A DNA stretch of 64,000 nt from Sarea resinae (lineage: Eukaryota), in the NCBI GenBank assembly GCA_026026165.1, contig JAPEUD010000001.1:248001-312000 (forward strand), written 5' to 3'. The notes under the pieces were generated by a model that saw nothing but the letters and a program-made list of their open reading frames with translations, was not told where the DNA came from and did no database searches. Below are positions 58,496 through 64,000 of the stretch, piece after piece (the first letter of the stretch is position 1; the number at the start of each line of letters is the position of its first letter). Position numbers and translations under genes: made by a program.

Positions 58496-58965
58496 TTTTT
58501 CTTCTGTGGGTTTCGTCATCACAAAATCGAACGGAGGGGAAGTGGAGGCGGACTTGGCTACTTTACGGATCGATGTCTCTCTGCTTGGATTAGTGGCAGG
58601 TTGAGTAGCGGGCGGCAGAGAGAGGTGACGGTGAAAGGGGGTCGGAAGTTTAGTAGTTGCACTGGAGTATTCAAGGCGAAAATGGAAAGGGTAGGGAGGG
58701 GAAGGGATCGAAAAGGGGACGAGATAATTGTATTTGTATGATAGAGATTTTAAGTGACATTGAAGCCACGGACAGCTCGACCGACAGACAGACAGCCTGT
58801 CAGAGAGGACCACTCACAGAAAGGAAAATCATAGCTAAAGGATATGAGAAGAGAAATGAGATATGGTGGCCTGCACCCCCAAACGCCCCAATTTCTACGT
58901 GCTTGCACAAATGCCCACGCAGTCTATGGATTCCATCTATGTTCGCGCCATCTTGCTTTGCCTGA

Positions 58966-59712
58966 TCAGTTGCTTCTCTCGTCGAATTTGGACTTCTTGG
59001 TGGGCAGTGGTGGTAACGGAGAATCTAAAGACTCCTATTTTGCAGAGGATGTTGTCAGCTTCCTTTGTCTATTGCCCTGAAGACAAATCAGAAATTGAAC
59101 AGCAGGACTCACCATGTCATCAGCGCCTCGCTTCCTAGCATAAGCACTGCTCGTCGTCTGCGCATCCTCCGTCGGCTTCTCTCCCCCGTGCGCCTTGTCC
59201 TGTGGCACTTCTTTCCTATCCATCCCCTTTCTCTTCTCCCGCAGTGGGCCAACGACATTGCGACTCCCGATGACCTGCACACCGCACGACATATTGATAT
59301 CGAACGGTCCAGAAGGTTTCATGGTGCTAATCTGGCGCATAGCAGCTACAAGAAGCGCAGCGGTGAGACGGACGGTGTGTGCTTGGCCGTTGTCGTTGGC
59401 ATTAGAAGATGCGTTGCCGGTCGCGGAGATGTTGGATGAGGAGGCGCCGGGGACCAGAACAACGTTATTGTTCCCAACAACTCTGGTCGAGAGGTCAATC
59501 TTAATCGTCATTGGTGACCCTACTGCGTTTGCCATCTCGTTCTCTTCCTCCGAGTCCGTGTCTACGTCTTCGTCTTCGATAGCGAAAGCAGGATGGACTG
59601 CTGGTGCTGTTGCGGCGGCAGTATAGGCGGGTGGTGGTGCCTGCGGGGTGGCTGTCTGGTCTGTAATGAGGTGCTTGTGGCACTCGTGGAAGATGGAGTC
59701 CGCAGGGAGCAT
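58966..59712 (-). CDS. Uncharacterised protein. Exons 59712-59113, 59034-58966 (222 aa)
   Basis: ATG-initiated ORF; GTGAGT...GCTGAC...TAG intron keeps the frame; PPPAY motif, acidic tract and a duplicated beta-rich motif. Confidence 0.75.
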
Positions 59713-61001
59713 AGTTGCAGTCTTTCGTGGCTATAATCTGCCTAGCTGAGGTGGACTATGTGATGCTGACGGAAAAGAGGGTTGCCGTTCTGAGAGGGCA
59801 ACAGCGTAATAAATGATAATGATGATTGATTGCTGTATATCTTTAAAGTATTGGAGAAGCGCAGACGGGGATGTTTGCAGCAATCGAATAAGCAAGCAAG
59901 CAAGTTGTTTTCGACCTGCGAAGAAAAGAGGTCTTATGACCGGTAGAAGAGATATGTGGTATGATATGCTGCTAAGAAAAGGAAGTGGTGGGCGTGAGAG
60001 GCTTGCGATCTTTTTTATGCAGTAGTGCGTCACATCCACTGCTATCACGCCCAAACATGCGCTACCTATATCAATAGGAAAAAACCATGCGTCAATAGGA
60101 GAAATAATGTTAGTGGGTCAGATCAAGTGCCATATCGGCGGCCAAGTGCAAGGGAATATAGTTCCCGCACACATTCGGCGGGGGAAAATGAATAGAGAAT
60201 TCCCCATTTGCGATTTGCTATTGTCGACTGAATAGAGGTCTATTGATGCACGGCCGGGGATGCCGGGTTAGCGGGGAAGCGGGAATAGACTTCTGCTTTT
60301 CGTACTCCCTAGAAGCGGTTGCCTGCCGCTACATAAGGTAGTAGGTATTGCTCGCAAGTTGGTAATGGCCGGCTAGGCCATGCGTGCGTGTTTCGACCGC
60401 TTCGTAGAGTCCGTGGGCAAGTCTGGCAAAGGTGGCAGGGCTAAGGTAGTCAGTTGTGATCCACGCCATTGTTGTTGAGCGGCTGCACGGCTGGCCAGCG
60501 GATTGCTAGGGAGCTGGTAACGGCATGGGAATGGCAGCAGATAGGCGTGACGGCCGTTGGGGTGTTGTTGTCCCTTTTCCTCTCAATCGGGAGAACAATA
60601 GGATGTGCTTAGCCTGGTTTGAGATGGGGATGGGGAGGTGGGAGAGTGCGTCGAAGGGAGGTCGATGTGGCATTGAAGGCGGATGATCTTCTTGCCTATT
60701 GATGAATAGTCATTCTGGATAGCCTGAATCAAAGAGTGTCTTTCCGTCTTCTTGGAGGCAGTCAGAGCGCATTGTGTACTGAAGTGATGAAGTGATAAAG
60801 AGGTGATCCATCTGCATTCACGATGGATGGATGAATCAGTGATGACAAAGAAGACAGAGTGGTACTGCACTGTTGGCATCACTGTCTTGCCCGACCTCGG
60901 CTGCACTCTCGGCATGACTCACTCCCTGAACTTTCGCTTACGACAAGCAGGGCCCGCCTCGCCAAGAGCGCACAATCAATTTCGCACCTTCGCCAATCGA
61001 G

Positions 61002-61009
61002 CAGTCACA
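61002..61009 (+). promoter_or_regulatory. Homol-D box (CAGTCACA) upstream of RPL9
   Basis: Exact match to the ribosomal-protein promoter element described in fission yeast, 130 bp upstream of the ATG. Confidence 0.65.
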
Positions 61010-61138
61010 TCTTAGTGAGTGAGTGATTGAAGCTTAGGAACTTCCTCGACCACGATCTCGACTTGACCGAGACGACGACGAGACGACGACAACGACCACC
61101 GCCCACCCCATTCTCATCACCCCGAACAGCGTCTCAAG

Positions 61139-62224
61139 ATGAGGTACATCCATTCCGAGGAGACGCTCCCCATTCCGGAGGGTGGTAAGTCTTTTCTTAC
61201 TCCCATCAAGCAGCGTCGCCAGAGGAGGGGAAGAGCATTAGATTTTGCTGGATATGGACTGTCGAGGCTGTTCGGAAGCTGTTGCGATGGATATCGGTCA
61301 CCCACTCGAGGATACCGACGGCGACGCTGCAATTGGAGGAAGAAATGCTGATTTGGTTCTCTACTGCAGTCACGGTCAACATCAAGTCGAGAGTAGTGAC
61401 AGTTGAGGGTCCACGAGGTGCGTCCAGACAAGAACCGCCGGGGAGAGCGCTTCCAGAAGCCCTTTTCTCCCTCATCGGCAGCCCGGAAACCAACACGCTC
61501 TGACAAATTATCTACAGGCAAGCTCGTCAAGGATCTCAGCCATCTGTCTGTGTCGTTCTCGCACCCAAAGAAAGACATCATCGGCATTGAGCTTCACCAC
61601 GGCTCGCGCAAGAATGTGGCCACTCTCCGCACCGTCCGCACCATCATCAACAACCTGATCATCGGCGTTACCAAGGGCTTCAAGTACAAGATGCGCTACG
61701 TCTACGCCCATTTCCCCATCAACGTCAACATCGACCAGAACAAGGAGACCGGCCTGTACGAGGTCGAGATCCGGTATGTCGACCGCCGCTCTCACAATTC
61801 ACTGGCCAAATCATATAGAAGAACACCAGGCACTGAATTGTCACGCTGGGCTGCAATTAGAGACAAGACTGACGTGCGCGAAACAGAAACTTCTTGGGCG
61901 AGAAGATCGTCCGCAGAGTCACGCTCCAACCGGGCGTCGACGTCGAGGCCTCCAAGAACCAAAAGGACGAGCTCCAGCTCACCGGCAACTCGCTCGAGAA
62001 CGTGTCCCAGAGCGCCGCCGACATCCAGCAAATCTGCCGAGTCCGGAATAAGGATATCCGAAAGGTATGCCTGACCATCACATCACACGCTGCTTTCTGC
62101 CCTTCCACTTCCCCTATCGGACATACATTTTCAAACAGAAGCATAAGTCACTAATTCTTCCCGACTTTAGTTTTTGGACGGTCTGTACGTCTCGGAGCGG
62201 GGTAACATTGTTGACGCGGCATAG
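61139..62224 (+). CDS. RPL9: 60S ribosomal protein L9 (uL6). Exons 61139-61184, 61370-61417, 61518-61773, 61887-62064, 62171-62224 (193 aa)
   Basis: [44 protein letters not shown] and [16 protein letters not shown]. Confidence 0.97.
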
Positions 62225-63281
62225 ATGGGAGTCATAGTTGTTGTTGGGCGCTGCGAGAGAGGAGAGGGGCTGTTGCTGTAGTTTGATGCATACGTGGTCG
62301 CGTTAGAAAAGAAGCAGAAGGAGGAGAAGAAAGGAGGAGCAGCAAGGAATCACGTCTGGTGTCTGCGTCTCTATCTCTGAAGCTAGCCAAAATTCCGATG
62401 CGATTATTTCCAAACAAAACCAACAAAGCCAAAGCTCTCTTGACTCCCGTGTCTGTCTGTCTACTGTCCACTGCCTGCTGTATACTGTATACTGTCTCAG
62501 TACAAGTGTAAGTGGAAGTCGATGATCTGCAAATGAGAAGAAGCAGACAGACACCTACCTGATCGATGGCCTAGCAATAACATGGGAGAGCATATGATCC
62601 TAAAGTCAGTAGACCGTCTGAGAACAGAGATTGAGGGTAAGTGGGCATCTACGAAAGAAGAACAACCCAGACGGCAAATAGCACGGCGAGAAAAGGGTTC
62701 TTGACCCAGGGAAATCTATTCCGGAAGGCGACGTGCGGTGGAGTTAATCGTGAAGCATCTGCATTTCCGTCATCGCAATGGGCATGGATGTCAGACAGGA
62801 TGAGGAAGATATATGGTAAGCTTTGGTTTGTTCATTTCCCACACGCCTTGGAGCCAGACAAAGACTTTCGTCCGGCGCCAGCGGATATCATTCGCCATGT
62901 AAAGTACAGCTACAGCTAGCTAGCCCATTACGAGAAACTCCATGCCATGTCGTCTTGTCATTTACTGTTCCTTCTCTCTTCATGCATCGCATATATAATT
63001 GCCATCGACCATCTCTTCAAGTCATGTACCGAGAATTAGTTCATTCGTCCCATTCGTCGTATGTTCCCTTTTTCATCCATCATCTCATAGGTTCTCCTTC
63101 GATCAATCACAAGGAAGAAAATAAGAAAAAAGTTGAAAGCCCCATCTGGAGCTACTAAAACGCCACCCCAATTCCCATTTGCAATGCCAAAGCGCTCAAA
63201 GATGCATAAAACCCCGTCTCATGAGAATATTCGGATGTGACGGGTCAGTGGTAAAAGGACGATTCAATCCAACAAGACAGA

Positions 63282-64000
63282 TCAATGATGAGAATGCGAA
63301 TGTCGATCGTCGTGGATCCGCGAATCCGAGCTTTCGCTACCTGTTATGGCTGTTAGAATACCTGCGACAACTTCCCTCCAGACGATGATGGAGGCATTAT
63401 CACTACTTACTGGCACTAGTTGAGTAATCGCTGGTGTAGTAGCTGCTTCCCGTGTATTCGGTCTTCTCTTCCTCAACCTTGCGGTCATGTTTTCTCTTGA
63501 GTCCGAGGATGAGAGCGAGACCCGCCAGGCCCGCGGCCACCGCGCCTGCTCCGCCCAATCCACCCGACTTCCTCGGAGGGGGCGGTCGTGAACTTGGTGG
63601 CGGTGGTCTGCTTCCGGTGCCGTAGTACCCAGTTCCACCGCCACTATGATGCGAGTAGCGTTCTTCAATGACTGTCTCTTCGCGTCTCTTATGCTTGCCC
63701 AGGCCGAATATTGCCAGGAGACCGTCGATGCCTGCTTTAGCGCAGCAAAGCGCCAAGAGAAGCAGCAACAGGAGAATTCCTGCGAGAACACCGATGACAA
63801 TTCCTGCAATTGCGCCACCGCTGAGTCCATGATTTGTTGAAGATGTAACACCGGCCGTGGAGTTTGATCCAGTGGCAACAGGTGTCTGGTAGGGGACCGT
63901 GGTCGTCGGAGAGGATGTCGATGTAACGGTGGTTTTCCCAGAGCTCGTCGGTCGAAGCGGCGCGGAATAGGAACTATACCAGCTACTGTAGTATGCTGAG
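63282..64000 (-). CDS. 3' part of an S/T-rich membrane protein (Mid2/cell-surface-like); 5' end lies beyond the window. Exons >64000-63411, 63340-63282
   Basis: Open frame from the window edge: S/T-rich stalk, then GLSGGAIAGIVIGVLAGILLLLLLLALCC (TM segment), then a second hydrophobic segment; GTAAGT...CAG final intron. Confidence 0.8.
   Translation of the reverse strand, partial: QHTTVAGIVPIPRRFDRRALGKPPLHRHPLRRPRSPTRHLLPLDQTPRPVLHLQQIMDSAVAQLQELSSVFSQEFSCCCFSWRFAALKQASTVSWQYSAWASIRDAKRQSLKNATRIIVAVELGTTAPEADHRHQVHDRPLRGSRVDWAEQARWPRAWRVSLSSSDSRENMTARLRKRRPNTREAATTPAITQLVPVSSDNASIIVWREVVAGILTAITGSESSDSRIHDDRHSHSHH

Noticed and set aside
86..63878. Numerous antisense and alternate-frame ORFs in the track overlapping real genes, e.g. 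19630-20235, 46826-47692 and 56944-57630
   Set aside because: These are shadow ORFs caused by GC-rich codon usage on the coding strand.
1..64000. tRNA, 5S/rRNA, snRNA genes, transposon ORFs or a secondary-metabolite cluster
   Set aside because: I recognised no T-loop/cloverleaf, rRNA, RT/transposase or PKS/NRPS signatures by eye; small ncRNAs could still be missed without a covariance-model search.

Overview
A gene-dense 64 kb stretch of a filamentous ascomycete (Pezizomycotina) nuclear genome, with short GT-AG introns carrying CTRAC-type branch points. I can support 21 protein-coding genes, two of them truncated by the window edges; the spliced exon lengths of the complete multi-exon models sum to multiples of 3. 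They are mostly housekeeping: BAT aminotransferase, SCY1 pseudokinase, ERV29, a DHA1 MFS transporter, VPS9, ASNSD1, MED19, RAD10/ERCC1, two head-to-head Zn2Cys6 factors, a monothiol glutaredoxin, an alpha/beta hydrolase, a sterol-desaturase-like protein, RPL6, RPN13, SFH1, RPL9 and several conserved hypotheticals. I found no transposase, CRISPR array, rRNA, tRNA or secondary-metabolite cluster. The most interesting signals are non-coding or architectural: (1) a long, hairpin-rich RPN13 intron whose retention gives an immediate stop and a Pru-only isoform; (2) long-range stems in the RPL6 and RPL9 introns; (3) a recurring promoter palindrome TACTCCGGAGTA inside GTAC-dense patches; (4) RIP-like CpA/TpG-depleted microsatellite islands flanking the MFS locus; (5) a divergent pair of related Zn2Cys6 genes with tandem PDRE-like sites between them; (6) a cluster of CTATTGA (MAT1-1-1-like) sites upstream of an uncharacterised gene; (7) a membrane-anchored disordered protein ending in an Atg8-interacting-motif-like sequence. 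All were read by eye; no searches or folding programs were run.
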